A DNA stretch of 64,000 nt. Source: Macrostomum lignano (lineage: Eukaryota). The notes beneath the pieces are model-generated. The model did not search any database. It was not told where the DNA came from and worked only from the letters and a program-made list of their open reading frames with translations. The stretch lies in the NCBI GenBank assembly GCA_002269645.1, contig NIVC01000455.1, positions 310,001-374,000 of the forward strand, read 5' to 3'. Shown here in pieces: positions 1 to 11,520 of the stretch (position 1 is its first letter; each line of letters begins with the position of its first letter). The position numbers were made by a program, and so were the translations under genes.

Positions 1-1919
1 CCTAGCATTCTAACCACAGCCATAACATGACTGTCACACCCTGCTGTCCTGCTTCCGGCCTTTGAGGATGAAAAGTAGCCATGCAGACGCAGCAGCCCCG
101 AGTCACGAAATCCGAATCGGTTACCACTTGCAGTTTCGCAAATACGAAGGACAACTCGGTAAGTTTTTGACCGATGACGGGAATGAAGAACGGCTAAATA
201 TATCCAAGATGGCCTCCATTCTCCAAACTTACTGCTCCACCCCTTTGGTGGCGCTCGCTGATGAAACTTCCAGCATTTTAAATGGCTTGGCAGTTCAGAA
301 ATCAACAATTCGAAATCGCGCCACGAGTCTCCAGCGTAGCTACTGAGCACCTCATGAACTCTGACGTTTTCGATGTAGCGTTTTGACTGAAGAACGTGGT
401 ATGGGCCGATGCTAAGCTCTTCCAGATTTCTTTCGTCAACGCTGGGGAACCCTGAACTTTCAGGGTCCAGGGGATCCACTGCTGTCCATTTTCGGGTAGA
501 ACTCGTTGGTATTCGAGTCAAATCGCAATTGTACTCAAGTTGCTCAATTTCGTCTAGCTCATTCGCAATGAAAAGACGTTTAGCAAAGTTCCGTCCGTAT
601 TCGAACATGGAGCAATCTGACCATGACGGCGGCAGACTCCTTGTAGCTTGAAATCCTGGATGCGAATGGTTGAATTTTGCCATGGAGTTTTCAATAACAA
701 CATCGAGCCGGCTGCGTTCGGTAAACTCTGGGGCATGTAGCCATTGGTACGGCTCCTGTCGCTCATTTATGCATTTGTCCTGCTTGATTGCAGCAAAGCT
801 ACATTCTACGAGATAACGGAAAAGCGTAGCGCAGCGACTTGTATTTGCTTCGATTGATGTATGCTTTCCTGGTATTGATCGGTCACCAACAGGAGCCTCA
901 TTATTTACAAATTCAAACTGCTCGTTTAGAACTCGGTCACCTGGACTGGTCGGAAATAGAAGCGTCGTGCAGCCTTTACTATTAGTCTCTATAAAGTCGC
1001 GGAAGTTAACCGAAGTTGGTGAACAAAGTTGGTGGCTGTAACCTTTGTCGAAAATGCCAATAACGTGATAATCTTTCTGTACAGAGCATAGAATGCGCAA
1101 CAAAATGGGCTCTATTAGTCCTTCAGCCTCCATGTCAACTTGCATTGCAGTCAAATTCCCATCGCCCATTGTTGGCGAGATAGCGGCGGTAAGGGGAGCG
1201 GTGTAGATAATTTTTCCTCTACTGTTGACAACCGCCATTTTTTTGTTCACATTCATTTTCTTGCCGGAAAAGTAAGTTCGAATTTGCGTGTGGTGTGAGC
1301 TGCTCTTAGGGAGATAAAAGTAAGTATGATCACCCACTAGAAGAACAAGCTTCTTGCCTTTGAGTAGTGTGTGAAATACACCGAGAATAAATTGATCGCG
1401 TACTACATTTTCCTCAAGCAGAGTCTGAATCGGAGTCGACGCTATCGACCTCGGTTGATATGGATCCCGTAGGTACTGCTCCTTGGCAATCTCCCAAAAA
1501 ATGTCGCATGCTCTTTGGGCAGAAATGTTGAAATCGAAAGCTAATGATTGAAAGCTGCAACCTTGGCGAAGCTTCTTCAGGTACAAAAATATTCGAGATG
1601 GCTTTGTCAAAATACGAAGGCGAGATACTTCTGGTAACATTTCTGAGAAGCTATCGAAATCACTATAGCTAAGACCGCAAATACGTTTGAACTCCTTCTC
1701 ATTTGCGGTTCGTGGAAAAAGGTTTGGGTTCAAAAAAACTTTCACATACTTACCACCGACCGCAAGAAACTGAAGCGCCTCTCGTGCGTTTCTCGGAGGC
1801 GCGAAGGCTCCAGACGATTCAGATGAGCAGCGACCACATCTAGTCGTTTCGAGATGTCGGTTCAAATTGGCTGCTTTGCTGAATTGATGACCACATTGAG
1901 AGCAAGTAAAATCGGACAT
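1..1919 (-). mobile_element. PIF/Harbinger-ISL2EU (PHIS)-type DDE transposase ORF, >=639 codons, open to the left window edge
   Basis: Hand translation from ATG 1919 gives no stop through position 1, which is why it is absent from the ORF track. Order: N-terminal C2H2-like finger (FTCSQCGHQFSKAANLNRHLETTRC); HTH-like segment (IFLYLKKLRQGCSFQSLAFDFNIS); DDE_Tnp_4-like triad VGDHTYFY (D at 1331), IFDKGY (D at 1049), RYLVECSFAAIK (E at 806); then IGPYHVLQSKRY, HSRHRSKTY and a SWIM-like end (KAGSRTAGCDSHVMAVVRMLG). Confidence 0.85.
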
Positions 1920-2233
1920 TACTAGCAAGTATAAAACGCAATCTGCAACAAATCTGCACCTGTCATAAAACTAAGTAAGAAAAACTGACCAAAACCTTAA
2001 CTTCATTAATATATCACTTAAAATATATCACTTAAACTAATGCTACAAATACTTGACGCACAGTATCAAAAATCTCTCGCCTAAAGTAATCAAATCAAAA
2101 CCGCGAAAACATTCTAAAAAATCCGGAAAAATTAAACGACGGAAATATTACAATGCAAACAATATATAATAGCTAAAATAAAATACACCCGCTAATGCGA
2201 TATTCGAATAGAATAGAGCTTCGTCACTTGAAA

Positions 2234-2997
2234 CCGGATGGGATGTCTCGGCGATTCTAGTCGTCTGGGCCGACAACTTATCGATTGCAGTCGGTTTGGT
2301 CCGGAGCTGAACTTCGGGCTCCATTCCAGAGCCTTAAGTTGACATGAGATCCCCATTTTATCCCCTTTATCCCCTGGGACCCCAAGGAAGGGAGCCGGAT
2401 GGGATGTCTCGGCGATTCTAGTCGTCTGGGCCGACAACTTATCGATTGCAGTCGGTTTGGTCCGGAGCTGAACTTCGGGCTCCATTCCAGAGCCTTAAGT
2501 TGACATGAGATCCCCATTTTATCCCCTTTATCCCCTGGGACCCCAAGGAAGGGAGCCGGATGGGATGTCTCGGCGATTCTAGTCGTCTGGGCCGACAAGT
2601 TATCGATTGCAGTCGGTTTGGTCCGGAGCTGAACTTCGGGCTCCATTCCAGAGCCTTAAGTTGACATGAGATCCCCATTTTATCCCCTTTATCCCCTGGG
2701 ACCCCAAGGAAGGGAGCCGGATGGGATGTCTCGGCGATTCTAGTCGTCTGGGCCGACAAGTTATCGATTGCAGTCGGTTTGGTCCGGAGCTGAACTTCGG
2801 GCTCCATTCCAGAGCCTTAAGTTGACATGAGATCCCCATTTTATCCCCTTTATCCCCTGGGACCCCAAGGAAGGGAGCCGGATGGGATGTCTCGGCGATT
2901 CTAGTCGTCTGGGCCGACAAGTTATCGATTGCAGTCGGTTTGGTCCGGAGCTGAACTTCGGGCTCCATTCTGGTGCTTAAGTTGACATCCCCTTTAT
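2234..2997. repeat. 161-bp tandem repeat, ~4.7 near-identical copies
   Basis: Unit CCGGATGGGATGTCTCGG... restarts at 2234, 2395, 2556, 2717 and 2878. Confidence 0.95.
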
Positions 2998-3209
2998 CTA
3001 GCTCTAACTATTCGATAATCCTGTTTCAATTATTAATTAATTATTCTGCTCACGCGAACAAAATTTCACTACTTGCTACTGATAGTAGAATTTTCGCAAT
3101 CGAAATTTTTGAAAAGCAGATACTAGCTATATAAGCTGTTTCACATAAACATAAATTTTAGGTTAGGGTTCTACGGCCACCTTGCCTGCCCTTTAGCTAC
3201 GCCTTGTAT

Positions 3210-3525
3210 ACTGCTTGTAGCCGAGTGGTCAGAGCGTCGGAATCACGACTGAACGGTCGGGGGTTCGATTCTCGACCCACTCAAAACAATTTGTGCCCCT
3301 GAGCAAGACACAACTGTGCATTGCTTCAGTTCACCCAGCTGTAAAATGGGTACCAGGATTAGCTGAGGTAATTGAGGATATGTGTGGTGACCGCCCAAGT
3401 ATTTTGACTAAACAGACGTACGCAGCCTTAAGATGCGCCGCGCAATATCTGCGGCTGAGCTGTCGGTTGCACAACTGCCCATTAGAGCAAGCGTAATCAA
3501 AAATTATATTATTATTAATATTATT
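3210..3525 (+). mobile_element. tRNA-derived SINE, family A
   Basis: A-box TAGCCGAGTGG, B-box GGTTCGATTC, central TTCACCCAGCTGTAAAATGGGTACC segment and a TAT-rich tail. A homologous copy lies inverted at 35075-35378. Confidence 0.8.
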
Positions 3526-3668
3526 TGGCATTACGGTAGCATCTCTTGTGTTTTATTCTCATTTCAGCACATGCTTCAGTACAAAACCATACACGCAGTT
3601 TGTGCAAATTGATAAGAGAAAAAACATCTTATGCCGTAGAGTTGATGGAGCTCGCTTTGCCTCGACAA

Positions 3669-6600
3669 TCAGATGCTGGCTCCACTCTTGTCATCCAGAG
3701 GCACTCTGGCCGCCGCATCGTTAAGCGAGGCTGAGATGTAGCGCTGCTGCTGAAGCCTCTGAACAGCAAACACTGCGACAATGGGAGTGGCGATGAGCAG
3801 AACGCAGAGGATGATGAGCAGCACACGCCAAGTGTTGCCTGCGAGTTTAAATTGAATTGGCTTAAATGAAAAAAATTACAGCCAACCTCTAAATCGGATT
3901 TTATAGCCCCACTAGCACAGGTTTTATTGCCAACACCCCACTAGCACAGATTCTATAGGCAACACCCCACTAGCACAGATTTTATTGCCAACACCCCACT
4001 AGCACAGATTTTATAGCCAACACCCCACTAGCACAGATTTTATAGCCAACACCCCACTAGCACAGATTTTATAGCCAACACCCCACTAGCACAGATTTTA
4101 TAGCCAACAACCCACTAGCACAGATTTTATAGCCAACACCCCACTAGCACAGATTCTATTGCCAACACCCCACTAGCACAGATTTTATAGCCAACACCCC
4201 ACTAGCACAGATTTTATAGCCAACACCCCACTAGCACAGATTTTATAGCCAACACCCCACTAGCACAGATTTTATAGCCAACACCCCACTAGCACAGATT
4301 TTATAGCCAACACCCCACTAGCACAGATTTTATTGCCAACACCCCACTAGCACAGATTTTATAGCCAACACCCCACTAGCACAGATTTTATAGCCAACAC
4401 CCCACTAGCACAGATTTTATTGCCAACACCCCACTAGCACAGATTTTATAGCCAACACCCCACTAGCACAGATTTTATAGCCAACACCCCACTAGCACAG
4501 ATTTTATAGCCAACACCCCACTAGCACAGATTTTATAGCCAACACCCCACTAGCACAGATTTTATTGCCAACACCCCACTAGCACAGATTTTATAGCCAA
4601 CACCCCACTAGCACAGATTTTATAGCCAACACCCCACTAGCACAGATTTTATTGCCAACACCCCACTAGCACAGATTTTATAGCCAACACCCCACTAGCA
4701 CAGATTTTATAGCCAACACCCCACTAGCACAGATTTTATAGCCAACACCCCACTAGCACAGATTCTATAGCCAACACCCAACAGCGCAGGTGTTTATCAT
4801 GATAGGAAAAAAGGAAATAGGGCATTTTTGGGCTTGCGAAATTATAAAAATACGCATGTAAAAACATGTACTAGTCGATTTGTAGGTCACCACGCAACGC
4901 GAAGCTAATTTTTCTAAATGAAGTTGCCTGCTAGCTATTGTTGTGATTTCCTATGTGAGCACGCACTCTCATTATTAGCGGTCATCTCATTAAGGGCAGG
5001 ACATTGTCAGCTAGCAATATTGGAGATTGCCACCTGAATTTGAAATTCCCTTGTCTGCTTTCCCTAATGATCAGGAAATTAAAGAAATCATTGTTTGTTT
5101 CATCGACCTCAGTAACCCAGGTGCCGCACGTCGGTTCTTGAGTGCAGAATTGCAATTCAAGTTTTTCAGAAAACATTTTTCAGCGATCGAAATTTTACTG
5201 TCTTTCTGATTTTTGCTTCCGATTTTGAATTGAAGTCGCGGAAGTTCCAAACAATGGCCTGATTGACGGGTGAAAAAAACACCTGTCTCATGGCAAAGCG
5301 ACATTGAAATTTAGCGACATTGTGACGCCATGAAATTTAGATTCTGTAATCACTTTCAATGATTAATATTGTCCACTAATTACAGTTCCCTACGGCATAA
5401 ACCGAATTCCCGATTGAACCGGGAGGGAACCGGGAGGGAACCGGGAGGGAACCGGGAGGGAACCGGGAGGGAACCGGGAGGGAACCGGGAGGGAACCGGG
5501 AGGGAACCGGGAGGGAACCGGGAGGGAACCGGGAGGGAACCGGGAGGGAACCGGGAGGGAACCGGGAGGGAACCGGGAGGGAACCGGGAGGGAACCGGGA
5601 GGGAACCGGGAGGGAACCGGGAGGGAACCGGGAGGGAACCGGGAGGGAACCGGGAGGGAACCGGGAGGGAACCGGGAGGGAACCGGGAGGGAACCGGGAG
5701 GGAACCGGGAGGGAACCGGGAGGGAACCGGGAGGGAACCGGGAGGGAACCGGGAGGGAACCGGGAGGGAACCGGGAGGGAACCGGGAGGGAACCGGGAGG
5801 GAACCGGGAGGGAACCGGGAGGGAACCGGGAGGGAACCGGGAGGGAACCGGGAGGGAACCGGGAGGGAACCGGGAGGGAACCGGGAGGGAACCGGGAGGC
5901 ATTAGGCACTAAGAAGCTCATCCATAACTGACAAACCGGAAACAGCTGTCGATGGTGTCCTATCAATTACACTTGGTTCGCTGAGGGTAGTCGTCGCCTG
6001 GTCAGGATTTGTCCCAGTCTCGCCGCCCGCAAGAGGTTGGGCACCGTGGCAGAAGCCCAGCAGCTGCAGGCAGTCCAGTTTGAATCCGCTGCTGAAAGTC
6101 GTTCGGCTCGGGCACATCTCGCAGGAGCAACCCCGGGTCAGGTAGCTGTCGGCCGGGCAGCCTCGGACCGCAGCCGTGCCGCAGGCTGCCTCGCTACCCA
6201 GGTAGGCCCTCTGGCAGGACAGCTGGTTGAGGGGGCCTGCAAATTTGAGTATTGAGTTCATCACAGGTTAGCACATCTGATGAAATCCAATCTGATTATT
6301 TGGTGGTTTCATTCCATCTGATAATCGATGATTTGTGACCTTATCGTCCCAGATGTGGTTCACGGTACCTGACTTTTCTGTCTTATCTTACCTGCATACT
6401 AAATTTGGTGTTAGGTAGTGGTGTTACCTGTAGGGTTAGCCCACCTGAAGATACGTGTTTAAAGGGCTTTAGCTGACCTGATTAATCCTTTGCAGAAGTG
6501 AAAACCAATTATCTCATACACATTTCCATACAGTGCAATTCTTGGTCAACGCTAATGACCGTAAACTGTTACCGACATCCACACGCTTGATTCAGGTAGG

Positions 6601-9600
6601 ACTTTAGCTGCATGTGGCATTATATGCTGTATCTGGTAATAGCGAATATCTTTCAGACGACTCAGACCCCGGCGGTTTGCAGACTTCGGACTCGTATTTC
6701 TTGTTCTGCTCTATTGAACTCCACAAGGATTAGTGCTCAGACACTGCTCAGACACTGCTCAGACATTTAGACCAGATATCTGAACGGCAGGAGCATAATT
6801 GGGCTAAAAATACCCGCAGATTCCTTCGCGCTGGGGAACCCACGACCGCATTTGGCATGCGACATATGCTCTCATTGTTAATGACTACTTCATGAGTCCT
6901 ATTAGCTCAAAGTGCTCTCTCGACCCAGTCGTCTCCGTGTCGAGTACCTCTTAGAGCTTGTCAGCTTGATTTCCAACCGACTGGGGCAGACGGTTTGGTT
7001 AACTCGGAAAGTTCTTGAGCTCTCACTTCTCACCTCAGTTACAATTAGATTGCACTCCCGTCCGTTTCTGTCGTTTTACTATGTGTTCATGACTATGTAC
7101 CGGTATTTATGCACCACACGCTTGGCGCTCACTTACAGCTCCTTGCAAACTTCGGAAAAATGAGTGCTACTGTAGATTATCAAAATATGTGAACTTGCTT
7201 CAAAAGTGCGACTTTCTACGAAATTTATCAATCACCCATATCAGCTGGTGTTTATGGTGCAGAACATACCGTCTCTTTGTGTCTATGGCCCAGATAAGCT
7301 ATAGTGTCTATGGCCCAGACCCATGTATTTGGCTTAGATAAGCTATAATGTCTATGGCCCAGACCCGTTGGCTTAGATAAGCTAATGTCTATGGCCAAGA
7401 CCCGTGTCTTTGGCTTAGATAAGCTATAGTACCTATGGCCCAGACCCGTTGGCTTAGATAAGCTAATCTCTATGGTCCAGACCTTTTGGGGGGCCGTAGC
7501 CCAGCGGTCTAGCGCAGGCTCTGGTGTGCCAGAGGCCCAGGCTCGATTCCAAGTGCAGTCACATTAATTTGGGGCTAAATGGGAATCTCGGCTTGGCTCT
7601 GCTCGTGCAATTAACGGCCTTGAGAGCCAACCGCCCAAGGCGCAGTGAAGTGTAAATGCCTAACGATAAAATAAAGTTAGGGCCGCTGTACACTCCTGTG
7701 TGAGTGTGTGCCTGCGTACGTATCCGCGCGCTTGTGTGCCTGCTCAGGGGAGTCGGCGGAATGGGCAGTAATGCCTCTTGCCGGTTGTGTGCCTATGTCG
7801 CTTAAAGTGCGCCAGGGTGTACACAACCCCCCTGCCTCTAAAAAAATGGTCCAGACCCGTGTCTTTGGCTTAGATAAGCTATAGTGCCTATGGCCCAGAC
7901 CCGTTGGCTTAGGTAAGCTAATGTCTATGGCCCAGACCCGTGTCTTTGGCTTAGATCAGCTGATAACTGACTCAGATTAAGTGGTCGCTATGGCACAGAT
8001 CAGCGTGCAGTCGATAAAAGTTTGCAGAGAACTATTATTTACAAGGAAACATTTACATACGGAGTGTCAAGACAGTCTAAAACTTCTTCGAAAACAATTC
8101 CGCGGTCCCTTCTACTGGAGCAGGTGCTTACAGGGCAGCTCAAATCGATAATAATAAAAGGGAGCCCTGACGTTGTCTCAAATTTTCACAAGTCAGTCAA
8201 AAGCAACAAACAAAGACCCGAATTTGCTAAAGAAATATTTTCTCGGAAATTCTCTCGTGACTGCTGTTTACCTGTAATCAAAGTCATTAACTGCGATGCA
8301 GTCGCTTATACGTTTTCGCTGGAAGTTTCGCCTCCCCACAAATTAACCTGTTTTTCAATCAGCGTTTAGCGGACAGAGCCCTCTTATTGAACTCATCTTT
8401 AATTGTGCTTTCAACACTTTCAGCTCAATCAATAGCACTACTGAGACAAAATAACAGCCTTCGCTGCATCACCTTTACCCTGTAGGTTGTGTATAGAGCA
8501 CCTGTAAGAAATGTGGGTCCCCGTGTCTGTCTCGGTTTGAGCAGCGTTCGTTCCACCTTTCCACTACTTCGTAAGTAAATTTCGAACACTTTCTGCCTTG
8601 CTCAAATTTTATTATTGAGATAGACCTCATGATGCAGCTAAATTACTCTTTTTATCGAAGCGCTGACCCACTCCTCTCCTGACCCACTCTCTCCTGACCC
8701 ACTCCTCTCCTGACCCACTGTCTCCTGACCCACTCTCTCCTGACCCACTCTTTCCTGACCCACTCTCTCCTGACCCACTCCTCTCCTGACCCACTCCTCT
8801 CCTGACCCACTCCTCTCCTGACCCACTCCTCTCCTGACCCACTCTTTCCTGACCCCCTCCTCTCCTGACCCACTCTCTCCTGACCCACTCTCTCCTGACC
8901 CCCTCCTCTCCTGACCCACTCTCTCCTGACCCCCTCCTCTCCTGACCCACTCTCTCCTGACCCACTCTCTCCTGACCCCCTCCTCTCCTGACCCACTCTC
9001 TCCTGACCCACTCCTCTCCTGACCCACTCCTCTCCTGACCCACTCCTCGATCCTGACCCACTCTCTCCTGACCCACTCCTCTCCTGACCCACTCCTCTCC
9101 TGACCCACTCTCTCCTGACCCCTCCTCTCCTGACCCACTCCTCTCCTGACCCACTCTCTCCTGACCCACTCTCTCCTGACCCACTCCTCTCCTGACCCAC
9201 TCTTTCCTGACCCACTCTCTCCTGACCCACTCTCTCCTGACCCACTCCTCTCCTGACCCACTCCTCGATCCTGACCCACTCTCTCCTGACCCACTCCTCT
9301 CCTGACCCACTCCTCGATCCTGACCCACTCTCTCCTGACCCACTCCTCTCCTGACCCACTCCTCGATCCTGACCCACTCCTCTCCTGACCGATTTCCATT
9401 CCGAAGTCAAACTCACTCGCAGTTGTGACCTCGGGCGGCTCGCACAGACCTAAGAGGCTGATGCAGCGCAGCCTGACTCTCTGGACCGGATGGCTGGGCC
9501 TCTCGCCGGCTTGCGGACACCTGTGACAGGTGCAGTCAATGCCGCGATACTCCAGGCCCTTTTGACAGGCGCTGTGGCTGCTGCGGCTGCACCGGTCGCC

Positions 9601-9683
9601 ACGAGACAGGCCCATGACCTCACGGCAGAGTTTGAGTTCGTTCAGGCCTTGCGAGTTGCCGGATGACTGGTTGACTGCAGCTC
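3669..9683 (-). CDS. 5'-partial gene for a single-pass membrane protein with two 8-Cys modules, a Ser/Thr stalk, a TM helix and a short tail
   Basis: Three phase-compatible exons with AG/GT borders: 9683-9417, 6236-5937 and 3838-3669 (stop TGA). Both introns are phase 1 and codons are GC3-biased. TM segment: [29 protein letters not shown] on the minus strand at 3557-3552. The signal-peptide exon was not located. Confidence 0.75.
3903..4783. repeat. 29-bp minisatellite, ~30 copies (intronic)
   Basis: Unit CCAACACCCCACTAGCACAGATTTTATAG. Confidence 0.95.
5417..5899. repeat. Perfect 12-bp G-rich minisatellite, ~40 copies (intronic)
   Basis: Unit AACCGGGAGGGA, with no visible variants. Confidence 0.97.
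7295..7960. repeat. Degenerate minisatellite (TATGGCCCAGACCCGT...GGCTTAGATAAGC) interrupted by a SINE
   Basis: Recurring unit on both sides of the SINE at 7484-7845. Confidence 0.85.
7484..7845 (+). mobile_element. tRNA-derived SINE, family B, full length with A-tail and target-site duplication
   Basis: Head GGGGCCGTAGCCCAGCGGT...GGCTCGATTCC and A-rich tail. TSD ATGGTCCAGACC at 7472-7483 and 7846-7857. Homologous to 12614-12976. Confidence 0.9.
8663..9390. repeat. Pyrimidine-rich 15/17-bp composite minisatellite (CCTGACCCACTC(CT)CTCT)
   Basis: Tandem units starting ~25 nt from the splice donor at 9416 and filling part of that intron. Confidence 0.93.
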
Positions 9684-9899
9684 CTGCGAATTCGATTATT
9701 ATAGGTTTTATTGCTAATAAATTCGAACTTCGAAGGTGCTGATTTTTATATTTTATGTTAATATTTATCAGAAGCAAACGCAAACTGATTAATACAGTAA
9801 AAAAAATAAATTCAGAAAGTTAGGGAATGAAGAATATTTCTCGAAGTGACTCGAGATAAAATCTCGTGCGCTAGCAGATTATTCAAGCTTTTTTCTGCA

Positions 9900-10340
9900 T
9901 CCTAGCTAGCGTCATGTATTTGAAGAGTTTTGCTAGAACTTTCATTGTTTATCCATCTTCTTGAGTCATTAGGTAAACTTTTTATCCTCTGCAGTGAGGT
10001 TTTAAGTTCAAATTTATCGCGGGGAGCACTATAAAAGTTCCAGCTGCACTTGAACAGGAAGTGAACTTCACTTTCTACCCCACATGGCACTTTGGACAGG
10101 CCCTGTTCTCGTAAGGGATCTTTATGTCTTGTAGTCCTCACTGTTTCACATCACAGTTTATGGTTTGCTAATCTAAACTGTGACAGGTAGGTAGGGTGCG
10201 CTGAATTCTGGATTGGACATTTCTAGGGCGGAATTTTCTGTTGAGTACAATGAGTAGTACCATTTGAAGCTGCAGTGACTTTGCTCTGCAGAGTTCTCCA
10301 CTCTCTGTTTCCAGTGTCTCTAAAATCTGTTATAATTCAA
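9900..10340 (-). mobile_element. Degraded 3' end of a non-LTR retrotransposon (C-terminal Cys/His region)
   Basis: PCGVESEVHFLFKCSWNFYSAPR resembles the C-x-E-x-E-x-HFL-x-x-C motif at the end of LINE ORF2. Confidence 0.4.
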
Positions 10341-10606
10341 AACCAGTTTTGTGTGTTCTGATTGACTTTCTACTCGTCCATGGTGACAGTTTCGTGTGAT
10401 TTCGTTATTCACTTCAGCTGAAATGCCAGCCTTACTGTAAAATGGATTCCCGACTAGCCTCGAGGGATGATGGAGTCTGGGGCGATTTGCTATAGTAAGG
10501 CCCGGTACTGCATAATTATCTTTCAGATATTGTATGACAAGGGCAGTCTGCCTAGCTCAGAGCGGGCTCCATTACTGTCAGTATTTTGGCTAACTTTGCT
10601 CTTTCA

Positions 10607-11520
10607 GTAGTCTGCCGCCCTACCCAATACTCACCCGGTAGTCTGCCGCCCTACCCAATACTCACCCGGTAGTCTGCTGCCCTACCCAATACTCACCCGG
10701 TAGTCTGCCGCCCTACCCAATACTCACCCAGTAGTCTGCCACTTTACCCAATACTCACCCGGTAGTCTGCCACTTTACCCAATACTCACCCAGTAGTCTG
10801 CCGCCCTACCCAATACTCACCCAGTACTGCCACTTTACCCAATACTCACCCAGTAGTCTGCCGCCCTACCCAATACTCACCCAGTAGTCTACCGCCCTAC
10901 CCAATACTCACCCAGTAGTCTACCGCCCTACCCAATACTCACCCGGTAGTCTGCTGCCCTACCCAATACTCACCCAGTAGTCTACCGCCCTACCCAATAC
11001 TCACCCAGTAGTCTACCGCCCTACCCAATACTCACCCGGTAGTCTGCCGCCCTACCCAATACTCACCCGGTAGTCTGCCGCCCTACCCAATACTCACCCG
11101 GTAGTCTGCCGCCCTACCCAATACTCACCCGGTAGTCTGCCGCCCTACCCAATACTCACCCGGTAGAGTCGTAGCCCTACCCAATACTCACCCGGTAGTC
11201 CATAGCCCTACCCAATACTCACCCGGTAGTCCGTAGCCCTACCCAATACTCACCCGGTAGTCCGTAGCCCTACCCAATACTCACCCGGTAGTCCGTAGCC
11301 CTACCCAATACTCACCCGGTAGTCCGTAGCCCTACCCAATACTCACCCGGTAGTCCGTAGCCCTACCCAATACTCACCCGGTAGTCCGTAGCCCTACCTA
11401 ATACTCACCCGGTAGTCCGTAGCCCTACCCAATACTCACCCGGTAGTCCGTAGCCCTACCCAATACTCACCCGGTAGTCCGTAGCCCTATCCAATACTCA
11501 CCCGGTAGTCCGTAGCCCTA
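10607..11520. repeat. 31-bp minisatellite, ~29 copies, with two variant domains
   Basis: Unit TACCCAATACTCACCCGGTAGTCTGCCGCCC, switching to ...GTCCGTAGCCC after ~11165. Confidence 0.95.

Noticed and set aside
3160-3197. Possible left terminus/TIR of the PHIS transposon (minus strand TAA-AGGGCAGGCAAGGTGG...)
   Set aside because: The other end lies outside the window, so neither an inverted repeat nor a TSD can be shown.
7484-7560. tRNA-like heads (also 3210-3280, 12900-12976 and 35310-35378)
   Set aside because: No complete cloverleaf. They continue into shared SINE bodies with tails and TSDs.
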